Shown in pieces: positions 55,677-248,000 of a stretch of DNA of 248,000 nucleotides. The notes under the pieces are model-generated. The model was not told where the DNA came from and did no database searches. It saw only the letters and a program-made list of their open reading frames with translations. Both the position numbers and the translations under genes were made by a program. Position 1 is the first letter of the stretch. Each line of letters opens with the position of its first letter. The DNA is from Octopus vulgaris (lineage: Eukaryota), in NCBI GenBank assembly GCA_951406725.2, contig OX597824.1, forward strand, positions 32,260,001 through 32,508,000, read 5' to 3'.

Positions 55677-58600
55677 CTAGCTGAGGTACCCGGCATTGCT
55701 CGGGGTGTGAACGCTTTGAATACTTATTTTCTTGTCTAACGACCAGCGTCGCGAAGTGCTTTTGAAAAACGTACAGAATTCCATGCCAAAACGTACCAAA
55801 ATTCACAAAAAATGTACAAAATATTTTTGAAACATGTCACAACCGCGAAAAATAGAGAAAAATACGGTTTTTCTTAGAAAATCTGAAATATATGGGTGTA
55901 TAATGACTTGAAATTGATGAAAATACATTTTTTTTTTCTAGTTTCAGCTCAGAGCTGCGGCCATGCTGATGCACCGCCGTTAAAAAGAAAGAATATTGAA
56001 ATCTAACATTTCTAAAACGTACAATACAGTCAATTTTTCAGTAAAAGCATACAGAACTGTACAAACTTGCCAACTTCGGCAGCGCTGCTAACGAACCCTC
56101 CAGGTGAAGTCCTGCCACAGAGAGTGTTTGCCCTTGCGATTTGTTGCTCGACATCGCAAAACTCACACGAACAGAATGACCGCCTCAATAACACGTGGCA
56201 CCATCTTCTTCACCACCAGTCGTGCCGCGTTGAACAGTCTCAGAGGATCCAAATTCTTCAGCAGCATTATTGGAATGCCCACTTTCAGTCCCAATCTGTG
56301 GGAAGGGAGACCCGGAGGTTCCAATGAATTGAAGAATTCTGTGCGGGATTTGGTGTTGTATCAACTGACTTGAAGACTTGCGGAATTCCAGGCATGAACT
56401 GCAGCAGCTGCTCATTGATATTATTGACATGGATATTATTGACAATTGATATATATATTGACATTGTCAATATTATTGACACTGATATTATTGATATTAT
56501 TAGTGGGTTTTTTTTGAGCAAGTATTGCCTTTTCGCATAGCCAACTGAGATTCTTGTAATTTTCCCTCAGATTGGGAAACACAACAGATTTGAGATCATT
56601 AACGGTACTAATGATGGTGCAAACTGGTCTGAGTGGAATTTCTTGCCTTCACCAGGAGTCAAAATATCTTCAGCAAATTTTGCCGACAGTTGGTCACCGT
56701 ACAGTTGAGCTCTCATGTTAGTGTTAAGACGCAATATTGTGACCTGGTGTCATAATGGAGAGGACTTAAGACACACTCGGACTTCATCCGCCCTGGTTCC
56801 TTTGGGAATTACTGTAAGAGTTTGCCTGAAATCCCCAGGTAATAAAAGTGTGACACCTCCTCCCACCATGGGATCCTGACAGTCCCTGATGTCTAAAGCT
56901 TCATGAGCTCCTTTGTGTGTCATGGTGCATTCATCCAACACAACGAGCTGACACCTTCTCAGCACTTTTCCATTATCTGAGCTCTTACTGATGTGACAAG
57001 TAGGAATGTCAAATCTTGTCATATAGAGAGGAAGCTTAAATGTAGAATGTGCTGTCCTGCCACCAGGCAGTAAAATCTCCGCAACCCCATCTCCGCAATA
57101 TCTAATGCGATGCCCTTGTGCTGTCTAACTTTGGCTAGGAGAAGCTTTGTTACGTATGTTTTTCCTGTCCCCCCCCCCTGGAGCATCCAGGAAAAATATG
57201 CCTCCTCTTCGGTAGAGCACACAGTCAACAATAATGCGGTAAGAGCGTTGCTGGTCAGGAAGCAATTTAGGCTCAGTTTGGATGACATATCTCGTGAGAG
57301 CCTCAATGTCGTAGGACGTTTCTTGAAGAATGTATGTGGGAAGAGAATTCGAAGTTTCCCGTAGTGTTTGGGGCAAACCATATGTAGGAAGAGCATTTCC
57401 ACCCATTGAAACAATCTTGTCCTCTATATCGATCAACACAAGCTTGTAGACTCCATCACTGAAGCCTACTTCTATGCCGGGCAACTGCATTTGTGCCTCT
57501 TTTTTGCCATTCCACAGTGTACATGTCACATTTCACATGTCCAAGTACCTGACTTTTTATGATGAAGTCCAACAGTTTAATCAACTTTAACCGAAAGACT
57601 CTGGCCATGAGGACATGCTTGTCTTTGGGTTTTTGACCCGCAAAGAGTTCACTACTGCCACTAAGGATTGCATATGAAGGCGATAAATAGATCAGGTCTC
57701 CCATAATGCCGCACATATGTCATTGTACTCTGGGTCCTCTCATGCATATAGCGGGGACCTCCTGTAAAAGTAGATAGAAGAATGCAAACTTGTCCAATGT
57801 TTCTGGGAGCTGCATCATTGTCGATACTACTTCGAAGATGGATGTAGCTGTCACAACGCAGCCTTTTCTGATTTTTTTTTATGAACCCCAATCTCTCAGA
57901 CTCCATTTTTGCATTCATATCAACTGCAAATTGGTGGTAGAGTTCCTGCGACCTGTGTAGGTGGTTGAAGCAGTTGTTGCATGTCAAAGCGGTCCGTGCA
58001 TGAAACTGTTTTGTTGATTTGCTCTCCAGCATTGTTAGTGCTACGCTTTGGAATGCCAAAATGGTAACCGTTCTCACCATGTACAAAGAGAAGGGGATAC
58101 TGAAGTGCATCGTAGGATCTCTGTGTTTCAGTGGTCCTTTGTATTGTATTCTCTCAACGATTGAGAACAATGTCTCTGCTCTTGTATTGGTCACCATGGA
58201 AGACAACAGCAATCCCATTGCATGTGGGTGCATTATAGCAGCCTGCATGTTCCCCAGATTGTCTTTGCTCAGCGTTTATTACAACGGTAAAATTTGGTGT
58301 AGTTTCTGTTTCCAAAGCATACCTGAGGCTTTGGACATAGCTGTTTCTAAAATGCATCATCTTCTAAAGTGGCAGAATGAGCTCCAGGTGAAATGGAGTT
58401 TCGCCTGCTTGCTTGCTGATGGTAGTTCCCAACAAAGTACAGCTGAAGAAATCGAGGTTCTTCATTTTTCAGAGGCTGGAATGATCCAATCCTGTGATAC
58501 GCCTGTCCTTGCACTTTAAAAGTGGGTATAAATCCATCCTCTCTGACAATATTTGCCCCAAAAGAGGTCATTTGAAAAGCGCAATTGTACTTTCGAATGT

Positions 58601-60000
58601 TATCCAAGAAGTACTTCGACTCTGCTGTTGTACCTGCAAGTAGAAGCTTCAACGGCTGTGGTGGATCTTCAAGGAGGCGGGCAATTGGACCTTCTCGTTG
58701 GAGCAGCACATTCCGAAATTTTCTCCTGACCATCTTTTGGCGTTTCAGAACTGGCAAGTAAATGACATATCACCGATCTGAATATCTGGATAGATGGCAT
58801 AGTTGACATTGGGATCATAGTGGAATGCTTTTAAGAGCCACTGTGAATTGCAGGGTTTAGAAATGCCCCGGGCATTACCTCTTCTCTGAACATTATTCCC
58901 AAGCCTACTACTTCGATCTTCTACAGTCTCTGCAGTTCGCGCAGCAGCAGTTGCTGTAGCATCTCTATTCTGGCGAATGGCACTGTTCTCCGTCCTCTGA
59001 ACCTCGTGCAGCTGCAGCATTCCTAGTATGGCGAATGGCGCGCTGTTTTTCGTTGTCTGCAGCTCGCGCAGCTGCAGTTGCTGTAGCATCCCTTGTACGA
59101 CGAATAATGTGCTGTGACTGACTCAGGTTAGCATGTACTGAAGCTGTTAATGAAGCATTTCCGATCTGGCGACTGCTAAGCAGCTCCTCACTTTCCATAG
59201 CTCTTGCGGTGGTTGTGCAAGCAGCATTTTGTGAATGTCTTCGTGCAGTCTCATGCGAGGATTCATTTGCTCTCCTTCTCTTCGATGCTTCTGCTGGGGT
59301 GGTTTTGCGACCAATACGGGGTCTTTTCTTAGGTAGCATTATCTCAGAGTTTAGAAGCTTCAATTACAAAATGCAGATGTGGAAAAAGTAAATTTAAATA
59401 CACGGAGTGCAAAAACTTTAGAGACAGAAAACGGAGAATATCGGTTGAAAACTGCAAAAGTTTTTTTTAGAGAAAAAAAACCCCGTGCGAAACATTTTTT
59501 CTACAGTTTCTCGCTTTAAGCAAGAGCTCTGGGGAAAACGTTATAATGCATGACCATGCTTGGCACATAAGTAATGTGCGTGTAAAGTTTGGCGAAAATC
59601 GGTTGAAACTGTGCAGTGTTGCTGGTGCTATGTATGTAAAGATGTTGTTGATGAAGTCGGTGAGAGACATAATGGTCGCGGTGAAGATGGAGGTCGCTGT
59701 AATGCTGTTGGATGGGTGTTGTCTGGCGGAGTCACTGGAACTGGCTGTGTCATGTGGTCGGTGGCTAAACCTTAGAAGGTCTGGAACCAAAGACCTCGAG
59801 ACAAGGAGAAGCTGAATATTTATAAGTAACAGTAGGCTCAAAATTGGATTGTGAACAGACTGTCGCACGTGATCTTATTTAGGGACTTCGATTGATTAGG
59901 TAGCATATTGGCGTGATAGAGTAAGAGACAAATTGCGCCAATACCAATCAGTCAGAGTCCAAACAGCCGCCAAAGGATCTGCTACGTTCGGATGTATATA
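55677..60000 (-). mobile_element. Decayed autonomous Helitron (RepHel: Rep + Pif1-like helicase), many frameshifts and stops
   Basis: Fragments FLDNIRKYNCAFQMTSFG, FKVQGQAYHRIGS, FTGGPRYM, YGRPDLFI, FFLDAPGGG-KT (Walker A), VLDECTM, GDFRQTL, LKVGIPIMLLKN. The 3' end has a short hairpin + CTAG (55680-55677) followed by T. The 5' boundary is approximate. Confidence 0.9.
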
Positions 60001-60916
60001 TATATATAATAAAGGAGAGAGGAAGTCCACTAGAATTAGCTACAAACAGCCCCTCTTCCACGAGTCATTTTGTGGGAGACAAAATAGACGATAAAAAGAA
60101 GATATTTTTGTAGCGAAGAGGTGAACAAAGTTGCGTAGCCAGCAAAACTTGATGTGCAAATGTGATGAACCTACGTCCAGCTAAGTGGAAATCACGAGAA
60201 TGCAAAAAAATCAAGGTATCAAGGTACATGAGAGAAGAATATTGGCTGCAATGAGAATGAGCAGTGCCAAGAATTTGCCTGCAAAACAGCGAGTTGTTTG
60301 CAGAGGCAAAGGCTGTAGGTGCTAGAAAAGCGACAGTGACTAACGAAGCTAGTCAAGCCATAAAGATGGTGGCAAAAGAAAGCAGTTCCAACATACAAGA
60401 AACTTGGTGTTGATCAGGCACCAAAGGAAGAAAAAAATGGAACGCCGCGTGATGCAAAGAAAAATGCGTTTATAAGAGGTGGTTTGTGCGTCCTACAAAC
60501 CAGCAAAGAAACGCATGACAAAAACACGTAAGGAGCTTTTATTCTTATTGCCAGATGAAAAAAGGCTGGAGAAAAACATTCTGCTAGAATAAACTTAGAA
60601 ATGCATCGTGTTATTTTGAGTGAATGCGTATGTAGTTTACGCTTAGTGAAATTCGCTCTCTCTCTGTTATATATACATGAATACGGACGTAGTAGATAAC
60701 AGCTAGCCTTCGGCCGCCCTTTTGCACCCTGTTGTGTCCACTACTCTGATTGGTTGGTATTGGTGCACTTTTGTCTCTTGCTCTGTTACGCACCAGTGCG
60801 CAACCCAACCAATCACAGCCTTCTGATTAGGTCACGAGAGACAGTGTCTTCCAAACATTCCGGTGAGCCGATAGTACACTATAAAATACAAGCTTCAACA
60901 CCGTCTTTCATCTTTG

Positions 60917-62804
60917 GCTGTATCCAACCCAAATATTCTAGCTGTTTTATGTTAAAATTCCCTACAATGTCATTCTAAAAATATACAAACACACTATTGG
61001 AATCTTGAAGCTACAAAATGCATGATTAATTCAAAACAGTGAATAAATAAGCATTGCATTTGACTGAATTATTTGAAATGCCAAAGGTCTAAAGGAGAAA
61101 TTGCTCTTGTCAATGATGTCATCACTGTAAACATCCTGTAGCTTTCTGTGGATGTCAGACAGCCAGCACCTCTATTTTGTCTGTCAATGATGACATGTTG
61201 CTTCTGCTTGGAACTTGTTTTTTGCCTACAATTAAGGAGAACAGAATGAAGAGTTACTGCAGAGGATGAGCATCTGTATCTCTACCAACATGTACAATTT
61301 GAAAGGCCTGTGTGAGTTAATAAACGGTTATGCCTACTTTTGGATTGCTTTCATTTCAAACATCATACATGTGTGTTTGTGTGTGTGTGTGTGTGTAGAC
61401 ACATAAGATGAAATAACTTGCCAAAGTTTAATGCAGTTTCAATTTCTAGATTAAGATAGTTTGGTATTGGATATTCTTCACGTATAGTTTTCCTAGTCAA
61501 GTGAATCACCATCGTAAGTGGACATTAGAAATAAATAGACGAAATCCATTCACTTTTATAAAAAGATTAAAAAGAAAATGATGGCAAAATACTCGTTTTT
61601 TCACAATGAAAAATCGTTTCCTAATAACAGGAATTTCGCGACAAAAAGTATGTTTATTAAGCACAACAGCCTGCAGTGCATGCCGTTGGGCATTAAAAGC
61701 CAATCGCACAATCCAGGCCCATACTTTTGCCATCCTGTACAATCTTTTCTTCTTTTCTATACGACACCAAAAGTAAAGAAATCAATTAACCACATGTTTG
61801 TCAATTTTTTTTCACCAAAAACTTAGATTTTTTTCCCCACTTTTGTCATTCTGTAAAAATTCTTTTCTTTACGACATAGAAATTAAGAGAAAAATAGGTT
61901 TTTTCGTTACAACATAACGATTAAATTAATAAAGAGAAAAATATTCTTTTCTAAAGATCTTGCCTGGAACGATCATATCAGATCTTGGAGTAAATTAACA
62001 TTTATTTACCTTCTCAGGTTTTATTCATTATTAAAAAAAAAACAACATATATTGCATGCCTTACAAACCAGAAGAGAGCCCTCAATACAAAGTTGGATCA
62101 TAATAGCCCAACAAACAAAAGAGGCTGCTTTAGTTCTATTTTGGCTAGTGACAGGTTACAGTTTGGATCTGTTACTATTGGGTTGTCCGGAAAGTTCATG
62201 CCAATTTTTAAAGGACTGAAAAAGGTCAATAAATTTCTTGCCATTACATTTCTAATCAACCAAATATGAACCATTTTGTTGCCCAATGCGTCTCCATCTT
62301 TCCTTTAACTTGAAAATACCCTCTTCCCAGAATTGAGGTGGTTTCATGGCAAAGAATTCATCAACGTGATTTACGTCATCTAAGGAATTGAAATTTTTAT
62401 CATTGAGACTATTCTGCAGAGACCTGAAGAAGTGGAAATCCAAAGGAACAATATCTGGTGAATATGGAGAGTGGGGTAACACATCCCAGCCGATCTGCAG
62501 CAATTTTTGTCTGGTTCCCAAAGCATCAAGTGCAGAAAATGAACTTTCTTATCTTCCATTTTAAAGGGTTACAGAATTAATGCAGGTTATAGGAACATAA
62601 ACCTTCTTCAACGAAAAGATAAGCTTAAACTGTGCTGTAAATGGAGGTATAGTCAGATCCTATTTTATGGACTCAACCTTGTTCTAAAATAAGTCGAAAT
62701 GTAAGCTACTATAAATCGGCACGAACTTTCCGGACAACCAAATAAATCAACTGCCATGAAGGTTGGTTCTCAATACTGATTGCACCATTATTTCATCTTA
62801 TGTG

Positions 62805-62848
<44 letters not shown>

Positions 62849-63322
62849 ACACACACACACAAACACACATGTATGATGTTTGAAATGAAAGCAATCCAAA
62901 AGTAGGCATAACCGTTTATTAACTCACACAGGCCTTTCAAACTGTACATGTTGGTAGAGATACAGATGCTCATCCTCTGCAGTAACTCTTCATTCTGTTC
63001 TCCTTAATTGTAGGCAAAAAACAAGTTCCAAGCAGAAGCAACATGTCATCATTGACAGACAGAATAGTGGTGCTGGCTGTCTGACATCCACAGAAAGCTA
63101 CAGGATGTTTACAGTGATGACATCATTGACAAGAGCAATTTCTCCTTTAGACCTTTGGCATTTCAAATAATTCAGTCAAATGCAATGCTTATTTATTCAC
63201 TGTTTTGAATTAATCATGCCTTTTGTAGCTTCAAGATTCCAATAGTGTGTTTGTATATTTTTAGAATGACATTGTAGGGAATTTTAACATAAAACAGCTA
63301 GAATATTTGGGTTGGATACAGC
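60917..63322. repeat. ~500-bp near-perfect inverted duplication (arms 60917-61416 and 62788-63322)
   Basis: Arms are reverse complements with only a few mismatches and a different (CA)n length; ~1.37-kb spacer. Confidence 0.9.
62176..62744 (-). mobile_element. ~570-bp mariner deletion derivative (copy 1 of 3)
   Basis: TIR tattgggttgtccggaaag...; retains LPHSPYSPDIVPLDFHFFRSL. Confidence 0.85.
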
Positions 63323-65329
63323 TGGATGAAATGCTAAAGAGTTAGACTTCTTCAGATAAACGAAGTTTAACCGTTTAGTTTTCACATTATTCTGCGAAAA
63401 TTAATGCTTTTTCATCCACATTGTTTTGAACTAATCATGCATTATCTTGTAGCTATGAGATTTTGATGAGGTAGCTGTTGATTTTTAAAATGATATTGTA
63501 GGGTTGGTGTGAGAGACCAGATCTGGTCAGTTTAAACATAAAACAAGCTGAATACTTTTGGCCGGATATGGCCAGTGTTTGAATAGGAACCTCTTCTAAG
63601 TTGGTTTTAGTTATTTAAAAGATTTTTTAAAAAGAAATATACACACATGTGTATAAACCATGTTTGTATGTGATTTTTGTTTTTCTTTTTAATTCGAAGT
63701 GGAAAGAAGTGTATTTTTACTTCTAAATAAAATCAGCTTCAAAGAATAACATACAAAGGATCCCATGAGCATTAAAGTAGCAAAGGTAAATTGTTACTTT
63801 TCTGATAACTAAAACAATGTAAGCTGTTTGAAATGCTAAAAGGTTAAAGAACTGGAAACCATCCTTGAAGACAAACTATACAGAAGGAGACCAACTGCAA
63901 CACTTGACAAGCATCACCAGTAGTTGGGAGAATTTATTTGTGCCAATAGATGAGTGACAATCCTTGAGTTTTCTGGATGACAGGACTGTTGTCAAATATG
64001 CATTGCAGAAGATGTTGGAATTCCGTAGTTATTGGAAAGTCTGTGTGAAGTAGGTTTCTCGGCAGCCGGTAAATGATTTGAAAGAGAGAAGGACAGAAAT
64101 CTGGTCTTAACTGCTGGAAACATTTAAGGCAATGAAGATGTATCTTTTATCTTTTACTTGTTTAATAAATTAGGTTGCGACCATGCTGGGGCACCACCTC
64201 AAAGAATTTTAGTTAAATGAATTGACACCAATGCTTATGTTCTTTTTAAGCTTGGTACTCATTCTAAGTACAAAGAAACACACACACACATACATATAAT
64301 ATATATATATATATATTTCTTTACTACCCACAAGGGGCTAAACTCAGAGGGGACAAACAAGGACAGACAAACGGATTAAGTTGATTACATCGGCCCCAGT
64401 GCATAACTGGTACTTAATTTATCGACCTCGGTGGAATTTGAACCCAGAACATAATGGCAGACGAAATATGGCTATGCATTTTGCCTGGCATGCTAACGTT
64501 TCTGCCAGCTCGCCGCACATACATATATATATATATACATATATATAGTCCTACCCATACATGCATGGACGATGGATGTTAAACAATGTTAAATGACGAT
64601 GATGTTGATATTTATATACATACACATATATGATGATCTTCTTTCAGTTTCTGTTTACCATATTCACTCACAAAGCTTTGGTCAGCTCAAGGCTAGAGTA
64701 GGTGACACTTGCCCAAGGTTCCACACAGTGTGACTGAACCTAGATCCATGTGATTGGGAAGTAAATTTCTTACCACATAACCATGCCTGTGTCCATGTTA
64801 TTTTTCCTGATCTGGTGACAAGAGATGCAACTTGGCCTTATGTTTATGATCCAGAAACAAATGACTTAATCCATAGAACAGAGACAGGGTCATCATTTGA
64901 AATGACTGTCATAAGTTTTTTGAGTGTTTTGAATGGACTATTGTAAATAAATTAAACAGATCTTCTATTAGTTGCAATTATGAGCATTTTGGCTGTTTGA
65001 TTACCAGAACTGTCTCCTCAGTGTATTGGTGTATATAAAAGGTTGACAATTCTACAGACACAAGGGTCCTTAATGTAATACTCAATCACAATCAGTGTGG
65101 CACTGTGTGATGACAATGCTGGTTTTTGAATTTCATATCCCATTCATCTGACTGGCTTCACATATTATGCTCATTCAGTTTTATTCACAGGACTGCTAGA
65201 AAACTATGGCAGAAGACATATGGGATAAGTGAAAGTTATGGCAGAAGATTATGGTAGAAGGCTCTGAGAGAAGTGAGTTCTGCTAGAAGGTTATGGTAGA
65301 AGACATTTGCCCCAAATACTTCATAGTAG

Positions 65330-67262
65330 GATCAAACTTAGAACATCATTTGGCATATTTTTTTTTACTGGTTAAAAAGCCCAAAGTCAAGATCTGTTAA
65401 CTGTGCTGATAGAAAGCTGAAGACAACCTTCTCTCTTATTGTAACCTTCTCTTGGTCAGTGAATTTGACTTCAGCATGGCAGCTTACAAATCATTAGACA
65501 CACAGTTGCCCTCAGCCCCCCTGTTCACCTCTGAATTGACAAATACTTGCTGAAGAAGAAGAAAAATTACAAGATTGGACAAAGTAATTTCTAAACAACT
65601 TTTTAATCAGTTTGTCTTGATTTTTTTTTAGTCATGTAAGATTTTTACAGTTGTGTAAGATATTGTGTAAAAAGTCAAACAGCGAAAGTTTATTTGGCAC
65701 ATTTCCAAAGAAACAGCCAACTGATGGAATTAAATGTTTGTAAAGAAAGGTTTCATAAGTTTACAAGTTAGAGTGTGACAAAATATATTCTTAATTTCTT
65801 TGCTGTCCATCTTAGTTTATTATGGTAGGGAATGGTTGGTGGTGGTTGAAGAGAAAGTGGGAAAGAAAAATTTTCATGGAAAGAAAGAGTGAAAATAATT
65901 ATTTCTTAATTAGGCAAGAAATGTTAAAAGGTACAAAGTTAGGAATATGAAAAGTTGTAATAGTTGTACCTTTGTGACTGGAAACTGCGTTACAAACTTA
66001 ATATTCCAAGAATATACTGCTGTACCATGATGGCAGCCATAGAGAATCAAAATGATATCACAAGTGCATTTGTATTTCTGTTTTAGTCCTCCACAATTGA
66101 TATGTGGCATAAAAAACGTAAGAACCATTGAGTTATTATCCTAATTAGAATAATTCTAGATTGTTATTTAAAAGAAATAGAGAGAAAAACTTTATTTGTA
66201 GTTGTTAATCTAGTTCTGCTTCTCACTTCAAGAAAACCTATTGAAAAATATATCACACTATCAAATCATACGATATTGTGCTATTACTTGTATTAGTTTA
66301 TATCTATGCAGTCTTCCAAGAAATCTCTATGTAAATAATAATAATTTAAGATCTCAAATAGAGAAAGGAAAAAAAAAGAAGGAATATACTGGTAGAAAAA
66401 AATCCCAGAAAACATGCAATAAGTTAGGAAAAAAAAAATCAATTTTTAAAATCTTTATTTTTGTTTTTCATTCTTGGAAGGGACAAAGCTGGACCTGGGA
66501 ACTTCCAAACTGGGTTCTGAAGTCCTCCGTTTCAAACTTCATAAATGGAAAATCAGGGTAAAAGTTATAAATATCAAATTATAGCAATATTTCCATTTTT
66601 ATGGACTTTTTTTTTATTTTCCATATAGTTCAAAAAATACTTATAAAAATCTATCATAAGAAAATTTGGTGGGTTTCATTTTTTTCTTGTTTTACGACAA
66701 TATTTCATTTCTTTTGATTTATATCTGTATTGACATGTGCACAAATTTGTTTTGTTTAATTTAAGAAAAGAGTAAGGTCCTCCAAGAGAGGACCAAAACC
66801 TCAAAGAAATTTGCAATTAAGAGGGGGTGGGGGTTTGAATCAAGAAGAATCAAAATGGTTAGGTATTGTTATCAAACACAAAGATTAAAATACATGTATA
66901 TATTTGCATTTCTTTTTAAAGGTATGTTTGGCCACAGTTCTGCTTCGTAGTCTCCATGATGAACAACTGGAGACAGGAGAATCCACACGTACATTTAAAG
67001 CTACTTCCCGAACACAAGATCTCATATATTCAAACACAAATACACACAAACTGACAGAGGCAGCTCTGAAATGTTCTAATCGTGGATACAGCTGTTGTAA
67101 TTCGGTTTCAGAAATCTGTTGTGAAAATACTTTTATATTTGTCCTATAAAATTCTGATGGTATCTGTAAGTCTGTGGTCCATCATTCGGGTAAGAACATT
67201 TCTCGACCTGTAGTTGATCAACTACCTAACATCAATCACAGTTAAATGGATCAGCTCTGTTT
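65330..67262 (-). other. Probable RyR 3' UTR with candidate AATAAA signals at 66196-66191 and 65694-65689
   Basis: About 2 kb of AT-rich, SINE-free sequence directly after the stop codon, with two AATAAA hexamers on the minus strand. The true cleavage site is unknown. Confidence 0.35.
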
Positions 67263-247709
<180,447 letters not shown>

Positions 247710-248000
247710 CTGAAATAGAAAAATTATATACATTCAATAAAATCCCCTATTTGCTATTATTTTTAAACATTTGCTTTTATTTTTGGCAGGGCTATTTATT
247801 TCTTGCTTGTATTTAACTTCAACTCAGATCCAAAGTCCTTCATCCATTTCTTTTAGACTACATTAAAGGAAACTATAAATTTGACAAATTAAATTTATGA
247901 CTCTTTTGCCTTTTTCTTTCAGACATTGTACTGTGGCCATGTTGGGGCTCTGCCTTGGCAGGTATTTAGTTGAACAAATCAATGCCGGTACTTTTTTTTT

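Overview
AT-rich eukaryotic genomic DNA, most likely from an octopus. This is inferred from the dense tRNA-headed SINE families and the very long (TA)n arrays. Two minus-strand, intron-rich genes were assembled by hand from GT-AG boundaries and codon phases. (1) The 3' two-thirds of a ryanodine receptor gene (about 81 in-frame exons, 247709 down to the stop at 67263), running from the SPRY3/junctional-solenoid boundary to the channel C-terminus. (2) The first 15 coding exons of the glutamyl-prolyl-tRNA synthetase EPRS (ATG at 28393), which runs off the left edge. The ~37 kb between them is rich in mobile elements: a decayed autonomous Helitron, a Merlin transposase, Dong/R4-like retroelement ends in (TAA)n, and non-autonomous Helitrons and SINEs. 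It also holds one orphan 130-aa ORF. The most interesting signal is a hidden alternative-splicing layer in RyR. Two 80-nt homologous exons each encode a complete, canonical EF-hand-1 loop and can only be used one at a time. A 48-nt cassette exon, a 27-nt microexon and a cluster of candidate phase-0 microexons sit in SINE-depleted intronic islands. Several near-perfect fold-back elements lie next to RyR exons. Exon coordinates were read by eye; repeat boundaries are approximate. No expression or database evidence was available.
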